Shown: one piece after another, positions 12,879 to 24,629 of the stretch
How positions within the stretch are numbered: the first letter of the stretch is position 1
Layout: every line of letters starts with the position of its first letter
From: Isurus oxyrinchus
Taxonomy: Eukaryota
Direction of reading: 5' to 3'
Assembly: GCA_026770705.1 (NCBI GenBank)
Contig: JANJGN010000089.1
Location: forward strand, 1,364,001 to 1,428,000
Length of the DNA stretch: 64,000 bases
Translations under genes and position numbers: made by a program
The notes under the pieces: generated by a model
What the model was told of the DNA's origin: nothing
Database searches by the model: none
Seen by the model: the letters and a program-made list of their open reading frames with translations, nothing else

Positions 12879-13419
12879 CTTTTTAGAAGAATACTAGAGT
12901 TCACTCAGTTTTCTGATTTTGTTAAAGGTCCGTAAATATTTCCCCCTTCATAGACCAATTCATGTCCTGGTGAGGAAATCATCTTACACAACAGTTTATA
13001 TTTGCTCCAGTCACGTGACAAACAAGTGGGTAATTTACCTCTTCAGAGACCCCGTTCCGCCAATGGCCAAATTCAGCAGCTCAGTTCCAGAAATTTCGTC
13101 GATTAAAATTAATGATCGGAATGGAACACCAGAAGGGATGTGTTCTGCATATGCCCCGCCATGAAAGTTAAAAGGAACATCCCTCAGTGTTGGCTCCTTG
13201 GGCCTCATATTATTCCGCTTCAATATTGACTCATCCATTTTAGAATGTAAACGTGATATACAGTCTAATTACATAACTTATACTTGCTGTCTTCTGTTGC
13301 GATACATGATTACCATGAACGTTGACGGCAGATAAAGCCTGCAGGTTTAATATTGACAGCGCCCAACAGTTCCAACACAATGTTACATTATATTGTGCTC
13401 CTTAAGTATAATTATAATT

Positions 13420-14400
13420 AAATTCGTTTCAGTAAACAAAAAAGTCGCCAATCACGATTAGTGACCCGCACCATCCTACACTCCTTGCAGCAAACTCTGT
13501 TGTCCTATCGTGGTAATCCAGGTTAGATGCCACTTCCTTCTCAATGGACAGAAGTGAAGGTCCAGATAACCTATCTTGAGACAAAGCTGTACTCAAGGAA
13601 GTTCTTTTTCATTTTTAAAATGGAAATTCTTCAGTCTTCTGCAGCCATTGTGATTGGGATTGTTAGCAAAATCCCGTGCACTATCGCTATGTTCGGCAAG
13701 GAACCATTGAGTGATTTATTAAAGTGACCGGCTTGAAGTGCAGTACCTGCTCCTGCAGGGAAAAGTTCTTGAATCACTCTGAATGTCTGGGAAAGATCCG
13801 CACTGTCATATCGTGAGATTCTTTGTCAGACAATGCAATGCCCAATTCCATGTAACAATTTCTCGTGTCATCTTCAGTCATTTCTCTACATCATACATAA
13901 AACGAGAATGCTCCGCGTGTTCTTGCATTTGTTCGAATCTTATGGCCAGTAACATGACTGCCCGATCAACAATGAGCAGAAAGCAATTGGTTTCAAAAAG
14001 TTTCCCCGGTGATTTTTCCAGCTCCTCTTCACCTCCCTTCTGTTTCACGCGTACTTTGAGTTTAGTACCAACGTCCATTTCAGCTGCTATGTTCTTGTGT
14101 GAGATATGGCCAGTGTTCCTGTATTTCTGCAGAACGTCATTGAGGCATTTGATATGTACGATTGCCATAAAAAACTGCACTTCCCTGGATTGAAGCTTCT
14201 TGCGCACGATGTTGATGGGAAACTTTAAGCAAGGCATTCCTGATATCACTTGTCTGCTAACAGATTTAATTAACACTCTCTGATCGACAATCCCACTCTT
14301 TGACAATGGCGTTAGCGAGGGGGCAATTGCTCTCAATACTTGCCATCCATCAGTTGAATCTGTGAATATATTGTAAATTTGCTTATGTCCCCAAACAATG
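13420..14400 (-). mobile_element. hAT transposase relic (ZMYM1-like C-terminal half)
   Basis: INIVRKKLQS..SPGKLFETNCFLLIVDRAVMLLAIRFEQMQEH..FMYD, followed by a decayed dimerisation domain LLTIPITMAAED*RISILKMKKNFL (consensus LLTIPVTVASAERSFSKLKLIKNYL). Confidence 0.8.
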
Positions 14401-15279
14401 CCATGGATTTAGAACTATAGTTGCGATGTCTCCTAATACCTGATTTAGGTTGTGGCAGCCACATCGAGTGAAGAGGTCATGGCGGTTTAGTTGAAGAATA
14501 TGCACCTGTATGTGAGCCAGATGTAACGATAATTGGAGATGGTAGATTTAATCCCACAGGCAGTATGCTTAGTGAAGGGAATGGACACCGATGTGAATTG
14601 CCAGTGGAGAGAGATGAAATATGTGGGTTAGCGATATTGTTCTGGGTGGAGACAACGACGCTGATGGTTCAAGGAAATTGAGTAGTAGATCAAACTCACT
14701 TGATGGGCAGTTGTTGAAAGGGCATTCCAAATTGTCCGGCAAGGAGCCTATCTGGGTGTGGTCGCAGCTCAGGTGGCAGTACTGGTCGCCCTCATTGAGG
14801 TGCTGCAGCCCTGTGAGGTGGGGGTGTGGCGTCGAGTGACTGTTTACACAAATAGTCGACATTTGTTCAGGGTAGTGCACCACAAGAGGGCATGATAGGC
14901 CTGAAGACGCTTGTGAGGCCGACTAGGGACTGTACTCAGCACAAACATCTCGTGAACGCCCGAGTGCTCTTCCCATAGAGGCCGCTACAGTTAAAGGGAG
15001 AGTGCACCAATGAGTTGTGGATTGGGTTCAAAGGGTGGATGCTTATCTGGATGGATAGGCCAAGGCAGATGCAGAGCTACTACCGCAAAAACTACCCTAG
15101 TGCTGCCCTGAGACTTTGGCCAGAAGAAGTTAATATACTGGACTTGCATAAGGACACCAGGGCAAAGGAGAAGGAGGAATGAAAACAGAGAAGGTCGTTA
15201 GAGGATACCGGGAGTGTGTGCATGTCACGCACGGCAGGCTTTGTAGAACCAGCCTAAAGTATTAGACAATGTTCTCTAA

Positions 15280-15950
15280 TGATCTATCATGAGGGCATAC
15301 ACTGAGGAGAGAGAATGGTACATTCACTGGAATGGTATTGCCCGTGGCCAGGCATTGGCTGTGTTGGAGCTAAATATTGCCAGTGATGTTTAATGTGTGT
15401 GCAGCATAATCCTGGGAAGGGCATAGCAGTGCCTAATGGGGAATCAACCTCAACCAAGGGGTGCCAGGGAAAATGTTCACATCGATTATACAGGACCTTT
15501 GCCTCAATGTAAAGGGGCAACGTACTGTTCAGTAATAATGGATCATTTTAATCGCTGGGTGGGCACATTTTGGACAATGAACTGTGCTTCAGAGAGAGCC
15601 GCCAGAGTAGGTGATACCGCGATGTGTGTGGCGGGCGGAATGGTGTGGGGGTGCAGGGCGGGCGGTGCGGTTACCCTGCATGCAGATTCTAACAAAGGAA
15701 GCCGCTTTGTGGACAAGATCATGAAAAACCTGTGCAGTCTGCTGGGAGTGAAACGGAGGTTTCATATCCCTACCAGCCCCAGAGCTCTGGCATGGTCGAG
15801 CATACGAGCTGAAATTTAAAAACAGCATTTTCAAAGGCTATTACCGAACAATATGACGGACCACTTATGAAGTGATGAGTGGAAGGATCACGAGACCTGC
15901 TGAGATAGCCTTAGCAAGAATCAGCGAAAGAGATTTGATGAAGGATAATA
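15280..15950 (+). pseudogene. Retroviral-type integrase remnant
   Basis: HHCC zinc finger and D,D motifs in and just upstream of ORF 15436-15819. Confidence 0.8.
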
Positions 15951-16199
15951 TTACACGTTATGTATCAGAACTCTGCAAACAGTTCCAAGGTATAAAATAG
16001 AAGAAAGACTTGGGAAAAAAATTGCTGAAAGGGAAAGACAGAGCCTAGTCTTAAGTCACAGTGATATTTCGGAGATGTCAGTAGACGTGAAGGGAAAAAA
16101 GCAATGTGATTCTGCGTTGGGAACATGTCACTGCAGATTTGACACAGAAAGTTTAAGTAGTGGATGATCATGTCCAATCAAGATACAATCGGGATGGAT

Positions 16200-17750
16200 A
16201 TTAATCTGCCCCGTATATTTGGGAGTCAGGAATTGAAGGGCAACATTGTCAAGAACTTATGTCATCAACCGATAAGGATGTATTGTTATCAAATGTTTTA
16301 ACTCAACAACTGGTGGTTATCGGTAGCTGATGCAGTATTTCACTATTCTACAGTCTATCGAGGAGAGCATGATTAGAATATTGAACCAGAAAAAAATGTT
16401 GCATGATCGTACCATTGTCATATTATAAATGACATGTTACTTGGGTAGAATAATCATAAACTGAAAGGATGATTCTGAGAATCATACAGAATCAGTTACT
16501 TGGGCAGAACACAAATTTCATCAGCAAATCAGTGATGATAAAATTAATATATCTCCTGGAGTTAGGAGCTGTAGCGATACAAGAATGTGAAGCCTATCTG
16601 GGGATGCAAGGAAACGATTAGGCAGCACTAATTCTGAATTTATGACAACATTCGAGTATAAACGACTTAGCCCCGTGGGTGGTGCAAGATTTCGCGAAGG
16701 GCCAGCAATTGCTGCCTGAGGAATGGAATATGCGTTCACACCTGTAGGGCTAGCAGGAAAGGGGTCACTAAAGGAAATTCTCAGCTGGTAGAGTCCATAA
16801 CTAAGTCAATTGATTCCCAATAAATGGGCTGAGCCTTTGATATGTTGGCCCGGTCGATGATAGAGTGGTGAAATGCTGTGTTGCCTTCCGATTAACGTCC
16901 AGGATCCAATTGAAAATGTGATGCTTTATGTCGAAGATATTAGATTTGGGAAGGGACCACACCATGCACATGAGGATATCAGAGGTTTGAGTTTAGTTAA
17001 GTGGGAGCAAGGATTGATAACACAGCCGACCAGTGGCAAAAAAGGAAACACATTTAAGCTTCTACTTGTAATGCCACAAGGTACTAAGAACACAGGTACT
17101 AGTCGCTTATAGGTTCATGTTAAAAATGGGATCACATATGAGAAGAGAGATTAATATCATGTCGGTCATGACCACTGCCGAGTGCCATACAGAGTCACAA
17201 TTCTATGTAATACGCAATTGCAACAACGTAATAACATTAATTGGAAACTACGCAGCCAGAGTAGAGCCCTAGGAGAAGGCCGCTGGGGAAGCCCAGGCAT
17301 CTGAGGATAGCTAGCTTTATGCAGGATTGGGCTCTAGTAGCAACAATCAATTTTGTCTTCAGGTACATTATTCATTCACCCTGGGAGATTTGCACCTTGC
17401 TGGGGAAGCTTTGACGGTTTGGTTTTCAGCCCTGGGTGTGATAAGAAGTTAAATGAGGTTACCCGGCCAGGAAAAGCTTCTCGAGAAGTAGTTAAAAAGG
17501 CCTTACTGACAAGTAGAAGCTACGTCGACAGGAGTCGTTGGTGTAGTACCAATGGGAGGTTGAAGTTGTGCTTATCAGCATATAATATAACAGGTGGGAA
17601 TTGGGCAGAATAGCTGCTGCTATGGTGTCAGCGCTCACCCTGGACACAAGAAACTCCATTTCATTGCACCAAAGTGTGATGATATCGCACTTCGGAAATG
17701 GTAATAATGTCAACCAGGGGACAGGTAACAGTTGCTGCCTCAAGTCCATA
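16200..17750 (+). pseudogene. Putative env remnant
   Basis: Lies between integrase and the PPT. Fragments such as LQSIEESMIRILNQK, RIIQNQLLGQN and LPINVQDPIENVMLYVEDIRFGKGPHH look like heptad/ectodomain pieces. Heavily decayed. Confidence 0.45.
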
Positions 17751-17791
17751 TTCAGAGGGAGGATGTCAACATGACATATATAGTATCTAAC

Positions 17792-17915
17792 ATAAAAGCA
17801 ACAGACTGTGGATGCTGAAAAGCTAACTCAACAACAGAAAATGCGCGAAAAACTCAGGAGGTCTGGCAGCATCTGTGGAGAGAGAAGCATAGCTAATGTT
17901 TCGAATAGATATGGG
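17792..17915 (-). mobile_element. Penelope pseudo-LTR/tail fragment
   Basis: Reverse of the shark Penelope tail cgaaac..agatgctgccagacct.ctgagtttt..cagcatcc.cagt. Confidence 0.65.
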
Positions 17916-17919
17916 TAAT

Positions 17920-18815
17920 TACTGAGGGAGAGCTGCACTGGCGGAAGCTCAGTACTGAGGGAGTACCACACAGTACGAGGATTATTACTGAGGGTGTGCT
18001 GCAATGTTGCAGGTTCAGTACTGACGGAATGCTGCACCGCTGCAGAGTCAGTACTGAGGGAGTTCTGCACTGTAAGGGTGTTAGTGCTGCTCGAGCACTG
18101 CACTGTAGGAGAGTCAATATTGACGGAGCACACACTGCCAGAGGGTCTCCACTGAGCGCGTAATGCATCTCCGTGGTTCAGTGCTTCGGGTGTGCAGCAG
18201 TGACAGGGGGTCAGAATTTCCTGTCTGCTGCACGGTTGGATCACTGTTCTAAAGGAGTACTGCAATGTCTTTGCTTCGGTACTGAGGAAGCGCTCCAATT
18301 TTGAAGTACTGATGGGTTGCTGCATTCCCAGAGGGAATGTAATATGCGAGCACTGCACTGTTGGAGGGTCCATTCTAAGGCTAAGCTGCACTGTCAGAAG
18401 GTCAGTAATGAGAGGGCGTTACACTGTCGGAGAGTTAGTTCTGAGAGATTGCTGCACTGCCAAAGGGTCAGGATTAAGGGACCAAAACACTGTTAGATGT
18501 TCAGTCCTGAGAGAACACTGCACTGGCGGATAGTTAGTACAGAAGCCGTGTTGCACAGTCAGAGTACCATTACAAATGGAACACTGCACTTCCAGAGATT
18601 TAGTGCTGAAGACGTGCTTCGCTAGTCGGAGGTTCAGTCCTAATGGATCACAGCACTGCTAGAGAGTCATTACTGAAGGCCTGCTGCACAATCAGAGGGT
18701 CTGTTCTGATAGAGCACTGCACTGCCAGAGAGAGAGTACTGAACAAGTGCACTGTTGGAGACTTAATATCGGTGAGTGCTGCACTGCCGGACGGTCAGGC
18801 TACAGTAGAGGAGCA
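17920..18815 (+). repeat. ~33-bp minisatellite (gtactgagggagtgctgcactgtcggagggtca), SINE-derived
   Basis: Roughly 25 diverged units running directly into a DeuSINE core. Confidence 0.8.
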
Positions 18816-19000
18816 CTGTGGGATTGTTGTCTTTCGGATGAGAAACACTGCCTGGCCTTTTAGGTGAACATAAATGATGCCATGACATAATTTGTAACAG
18901 GAGAAGGGAAGTCACCTCTGTCGTTCTGGAGCCACTTTTATTTGTCAAAGAGCAGCAGACTGTACCTTAACCCGTAGGGTATTTCTATGTACACGATTGC
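18815..19000 (+). mobile_element. SacSINE1/DeuSINE-type SINE core
   Basis: gtctttcggatgaga..aggtgaacataaatgatgccatg resembles the Deu-domain consensus gtctttcggatgagacg..aggtggacgtaaaagatcccatg. Confidence 0.7.
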
Positions 19001-19199
19001 TGGTGTTTTTATTCGAAGCTTGTTGTATCATTTCATGCAGGTAAGTTAAAATATTTTTTTCGTCAATTTGCATTTCCTGCCACCAGCAATTCCTTGTTTT
19101 AATCAGAACGTGGCATGGCAGCCAATCTCAGGAATATCCAATGGCCGGCCTATCTCCTGGTTTAAATACAGAACAATATAAAAGTCAGGTACAGTTGTG

Positions 19200-19335
19200 A
19201 TTCTGTCACATCTTCCGCAATCTCATAGCAACCCAAACACTTTAAAATCAATGAGGGATACTCGAAGTTACATCACCATCATAATGTCGGAAATGCGACA
19301 GACATTGCGGGCACAGTAAGCTCCGATAAACCAAA
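19200..19335 (-). mobile_element. DeuSINE 3' fragment
   Basis: Reverse reads ..cttactgtgcccgcaatgtctgtcgcatttccgacatta..cttcgagt..cattg, similar to the SacSINE1 3' region. Confidence 0.55.
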
Positions 19336-19667
19336 ACTTTCGCTCACTCACTTTTCTAGAACTGTTTTATAGAAATCAGGGTCCGGGGTAGTCACTATCC
19401 CGACGGGAAGTGGGCGTAACGCTAACAGAGACTAAGCTCCGCACAGCCAGACACTTGAGGTCAGAATCAAAACCAAATGCTGGATAAAATGTTTTTAGGT
19501 TAAGGGATATATATGGACCCAGAGATTATTTTCATTCTCTTTGTCCTGTGCTGACCATCAGATCCTTTCCTTATTAGAACAGACGAGGTTTACTATCTCA
19601 AGCCAAGAAAAGTCACCTCTGACAATAGTTTTGATAGTCAGAACCCTCACTGAGTAACAGCCTGGTA

Positions 19668-19870
19668 TTCACTCCCAGCTATCTGTTATTCTGTACGTAA
19701 ACCACCAAAACCCCTCCACATGATTCCTTTCTGTAATTCACTCTTAGGTATCTGTTATCCTATATGTAAGTCATCGATGCACCTCGATTAGATTGAAGTC
19801 TGCAATTCAATCCTCGGCATCCGTTATTTAATATACATAAACCTCCGACCTTGATTAGACTTCTGCCTGT
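19668..19870. repeat. ~69-bp tandem repeat, 3 copies
   Basis: ttcactc..gtatctgttat.ct.ta.gtaa recurs at ~19668, ~19737 and ~19806. Confidence 0.7.
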
Positions 19871-20221
19871 GCCGCGGTCCTGATTATATCTTATTCTTTA
19901 GATTACACACTTCACTACACACTGGATCCCAGAACTGGTTACCAGTTTTAACTCTGCGCAATTATACTGACAACAACCTGCCTTATGGAGGGGAAGGACT
20001 TCCAGTGTTCCTGTTTTTGATAACTTCCCAATGCGTACCCTTGTGGGGACAGCGATCTTGAAGCACCTTTGGTTGAAGAAATGGATGCAGCTCACTTTAT
20101 TGGGCTCACAGAGTTGAGGTGGCCGTAGCTCTTTCGGAGTCTGTGCCAAGCAAGAAACAACGTACCCCAAACTTGGCGTCTGTCGAAGCAACAGACCAAG
20201 TTGCCAAATAAGTCAGTAACT

Positions 20222-20330
20222 TGAACAAAAAGAAAAATACCTGGAAAAACTCAGCAGGTCTGACACCATCTACGAAGAGGAACAGAGTTAACGTTTCGAG
20301 TGCGTATGACTCTTCAACAGAACTAAGGAA
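20222..20330 (-). mobile_element. Penelope pseudo-LTR fragment with hammerhead-like core
   Basis: Minus strand: gttCTGTTGAa gagt catacgc actc GAAACGTTaac..agatggtgtcagacctgctgagttttt. Confidence 0.7.
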
Positions 20331-21344
20331 ACTTGGCCTGGAGTCACCTGGAGTCACGATTCGTGCATTTTGCTTGCAATTGAACTAAGTAGTGCGGTAG
20401 CGGTGAAAGGTCAAGTCCATCAGTGGAATTTCTTTTCCAGATATGCCATGCCATTGATGTCTCTGCTGCAGCAGTGAAAATTATCAGGAAATTTAACAGG
20501 AGAAGGTTGAGATGTTAATTCACTCAGTTGGTGAGATAGTATTGACAGCTCATTTCCCACAATACACCGCAGCTGGGGAAGTCCTCAATCAGTAAAACGG
20601 CCGGCGCGGCATTTTGGGTGGAATAACACTTTGCACATGCAGAGTTCGATCACCGGTTTGAGCCGGCGCTGATATTCATGAGTTTCTGTTTGTCATTCAT
20701 CTTCTCGCCTGTCAGACCTTGAGTTTCCTATCAATTCGGAAGAGTTGCTTCACCCTTTTCTTATTTGATTTAACATAAACGGGAGGCGGTGCCGGTGACA
20801 TCACGGCAACATGGCAGGCGTGATTAGAGTTCGTCAAAGAACAATGAAGGCCAGGAAAGTGGGCAAGAGGCGACTCTGGGAGCACCAGGGGTAAAGGACG
20901 GCCTGAGGAGAGTTATAGCGGCCACTGGAAGACAAGAAGAGAAACATAAACTGGCGCAGTCTCTCTTCCCAAAGTCCAGTTCAGTTTTTCGAGGCACTGG
21001 GATTCTCTTCAATAGCAAAAGAACAGTCACTCGTCTGAGTAATTTCACTCTCCATCCCCATTCTGTATTGCACATTTCAAATCAAATGTGCTGTGAGATA
21101 CATTACATCGTTATATGTTAAAGTGAAAAAAAATCATATGCCAAAGTTATTACTTGATTTGGTGTCAGACAGCAGTCAAATCATTAATTGCACTTCGAGT
21201 ATCTACGAGTTTGATATTTATTCTGGACCTAATTTCAAAATGAAACCCACAATGAAATACAACTCTACGAGTGATATTCTTCGAATGTATTCGCTGTTGG
21301 AGACAATGAGATTAACATTTTAATGCAACAGAACATTTCCCCTT

Positions 21345-21760
21345 TGGAACAAGTTAGGAGAAGGCCATTCGGCCCGTCGAGCATACTCTGTTATTGAATA
21401 AGATCATGGCAGATATTATTGTGCTCTCAACTTCACATTCTGACACCCCTGTAATTTTTGACCTCCTTGTTAGTCAAGAATCTGTCTACTCTTCCTTAAA
21501 AATATTTATTGAACCTGTCTCCACCGCTGCCTGGGGATGAGAGTTTCAAAGATTCACGACCATTGAGAGTGAAAAAAATCCTCATTCTGCACCAAATCGG
21601 CGAACCCTTATTTTGATTAATTGTGCCCCCAGTTCTAAATTTTCCCACGAGAGGAAATTCCCTTTGAACATCAATCGCGTCAATTCCCCCTGGGATCTTA
21701 TATTTGTTAATAATATCAACTATCATTCTTCTGGATTTGAAGAGATACAGGAACAAAATG
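21345..21760 (-). mobile_element. CR1 3' fragment
   Basis: Tail signature ggagaaggccattcggcccg; minus ORF includes YKIPGGIDAIDVQREFPLVGKFRTGG. Confidence 0.8.
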
Positions 21761-23239
21761 TCCAACCCTCCTTTTTTGTTCCCAGCTCCAAAAAAGAAAC
21801 AATGCCCATTGCGCAAAAAATGGACCAACTCTGCACCAAAGAAAAAAAAAATCTGCCCGGATCAGGATAAAATCCATATGCCCCCTCACAAAGTACATGC
21901 CTCATAATTTATGCCAACTGATCCCCCAGCAAAATTCATGCATGCAACCCAAAAAAGCGCTCCCGCCATGCCCGGAAAAAATTGTGGCACAGCCAAACTG
22001 GAACAGTGAACTGCCAAGGACCCTCCAGATTTTCCCCAGTCCTGCAAATCTCTCTTCAGACCCACCCCGTGAATTCTCAAATATTGCTCCCTATTTGATG
22101 CTCCCTGAACAGTCCCCATGGAAGTCATCCAACCGAATGAAAACAGCCCTCCTGTGCTGACAGACCAACAACTGAAAGTACCTTCCTTGACTTTGTCTCT
22201 CAGACACTATTTATCTGTCGCTTTCCCGCTATCCCTCTCTGACCTCCTGTGTAAACTCACACTCACACCATCAAACCGCCACTTACAAACTTTGACTCCT
22301 CCACTGTATAAGCATCCTTTCTTTGAACAGTCCCATATTGTGAAATGCCCTTCCCTCTGAAGAGTCACCAGCTGTGTAAACGCTATCCCTTCCATCCGTC
22401 CGCTTTGAAAACACAATGCCTCTGAACAGCCCCAATCTGTAACTCTCCTCGGCCTGAACAGCCCCAGCATGTGTAACCGCCCCCACCCCCTCGATCATCC
22501 CTTGTGTTTTCCTAGACCTGTGTCATTGATGATATCTGTTCTCACTGAGCCTAAGCTGCTCTGTGTTGAAATTAAATCCAGTCAAATCCTCACTGACACC
22601 TAATATTACTATTTATTCTCAATCCCGCTCCTCCTCCACGATCTCCCTGGTTGTCAGCCACTTTTTGAACTTCATCCTGAATCCACATTTGCGTCGTTTG
22701 CCTGTCACGGAATAAAAATCACCATGTTTAATCTGGGGGAGGGAATCGTATAATTTTTAAACATTAATGACCAAATCCCGACCCCTCACTCAATCTGTTC
22801 CACCTCGTGCAAATAGCATTCCCACCCCAGCTCCTCTTAATTCCCCCCTTTATAACGGCTGCCATCCCTGTCTAAAAAAGTTTAAGATAATATCAGCTTT
22901 AAATAAAAAGCAATATGATCATGCAAAGAGATGTAGCAGGTCAGAAGATGGTAAATAAGGATTCTTCAGTCACTTTATAGGTAACTAACCATTTCTCTGA
23001 AGCAGACATTCATAAACTCTAGGAAAGGTTAAAGACTCTTTCTCTCTACGAGGTATTTGAGTCATCCCGTTGATAGGTTGCAATGTCTTTAATGGAGCTT
23101 AGTTGGTCTTGTCTTTTGCGCGTTCGTAGTCTTGTTACTTCACCGATGAGCTGTTCAATGTGCTCTTGTAATTTGACTTCATACACACCTATTTAATTTT
23201 TACAATGTTTTGCTTCTACTTTTTCTCTAATATTTTTGC

Positions 23240-23420
23240 TTATTCATTCAATGGACGTGGGCTGCTCTGGCTGGGGCACCATTTATTCCCAGTCCATAGT
23301 TGCCCTTAAGGAATTGTTGGTCAGTTGCCTCTTGAACCGCTGCAACCCATGTGGTGGAGGCACACCAACAGTGCTGTTTGGGAAGTGAGATCCAAGATTT
23401 TGACCCTGTGACATATATTC
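23240..23420 (-). mobile_element. CR1/L2-superfamily LINE 3' end
   Basis: Reverse of the ..PHGLQRFKRQL.. / aaatg.tg 3' end; same family as 23560-24625 and 38370-38835. Confidence 0.65.
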
Positions 23421-23559
23421 CTTCGTCGCCATTTTGTGTATGAATCTCCTCTTAAGTTTTGTAAGAAAGCTTTATACCACTCTGAAATCTGCTTAAGAAC
23501 ATATCGATGATCAACCCATGTAAATTTCAAAACCCATCCTGCGATCGAATTACTAAGGC

Positions 23560-24625
23560 ATTGGTTGCTATTTAATTACAGTCGAAGCTCCAATTTAAAT
23601 ACAGCACCTGGGTCGAACTATTCACATCAGCTCTCAGCTGCTTGCCAGTCCCACGACATCGCTGCAATGTTGCCTTATGGGATTGTCCTAACCATATTCA
23701 GCTCTTTAATCAATATCTTTCCCTCGGACATTAGCTAAGAAGCGGGGACGTTTGCACGTTATTGCACAATGATCAGCAGCGTTCACAACTGAAGCAGTCA
23801 AGGTCCCTATGCAGCAAATCCAGGACAACACTCATGCTTGGGCTGGTAAGTGGCAAGTAACTTCTGCCTGACCCAAATTCCAAGCATTGGCAATTTCCAA
23901 GAAGATATAATTTCCTCTTTACATTCAATGGCATTGTCATCAAAGAAATCCCCCATTGTCACCAGCCTGGGGTTTTAACATTAATCGGAATATGAACTGG
24001 ACCAGTAATTTTAATCCTGGGCTGGAAGAGCAGTTCAGCAGTTAAGTGTAACCCAGGTCCTGATACCCCAAAGACTGTCCAAGTCAACAAGACACAAGTA
24101 AGGAGATGGATTGAAACCTCCCCAATTACCTGGTTGAGTGCATCTCCAAATGCACTGAGAAAGCTCAACATCACCCAGGAAAAAGAATATGCCAATTGAT
24201 GGGCACGCTATTCACCACCTAAGGCATTCACTGCCTCCATCATCAAAGCACAGTGGTTGCAGTGTGTATCATCAACAACAAGCACTGCAGCATCAAACGA
24301 AGGCTACTTTGCTGGCAGCTTCCAAACGCATGCCCACCTATGCAAAGTGGAAGGACAATTGAAGCAGATACATGGGAGCGCCACCAGCTGCAGGTTCGCC
24401 ACCAAGCCACACACTATCCTCACTTGGATCCATACTGCCAATCCATCAGGTTCACTGGGTCAATATCTAAGAATAGCCTTCCAAAAAGCACTGTGGGTGA
24501 ATCTACAAAGCAGGGACTTCAGCGATTAAAGAAGGCATCTCCCAACACCTACGCAAGCGCAAATAGGGATTTGGAATAAATGTTGGCATAGTCAGCAGCA
24601 CGCACATCCGAGAAATGCATAAAAC
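23560..24625 (+). mobile_element. CR1/L2-superfamily LINE ORF2 3' part
   Basis: Decayed RT end followed by NSLPKSTVGESTKQGLQRLKKASP and the tail aataaatgttggc. Confidence 0.7.
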
Positions 24626-24629
24626 ATGT

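Larger units (their letters stand above)
8760..13300 (-). repeat. Segmental duplication copy A (inverted paralogue of ~55780-61135)
   Basis: Reverse-complement matches seen at 8763/61100 (gaaactg..ctttgc.gcagggtcagt), 9030/59760 (ttgacagcgggcc), along the GPCR intron, and 13270/55800 (taattac.taactta). Confidence 0.85.
14400..17790 (+). mobile_element. Endogenous retrovirus-like remnant (RNase H - integrase - env-like - PPT)
   Basis: RNase H motifs ADGS / AAQVAVLVALIEVL / VTVYTNSR (~14650-15080). Integrase YHEGIH..WPG..CLMCVQHNPGK and VHIDYTGPLPQCKG..IMDHFNRWV..ADSNKGSRF (15280-15950). A ~1.5 kb decayed coding-like region follows, then the purine tract agagggagga (17754-17763) and TGT. Confidence 0.75.

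Noticed and set aside
17828-18391. 187-aa Cys/Ser/Thr-rich ORF
   Set aside because: Antisense translation of the 33-bp minisatellite.
17920-18815. CRISPR-like periodic array
   Set aside because: Units are contiguous with no unique spacers, there are no cas genes, and the context is eukaryotic. The same applies to the 44-, 69- and 85-bp repeats.
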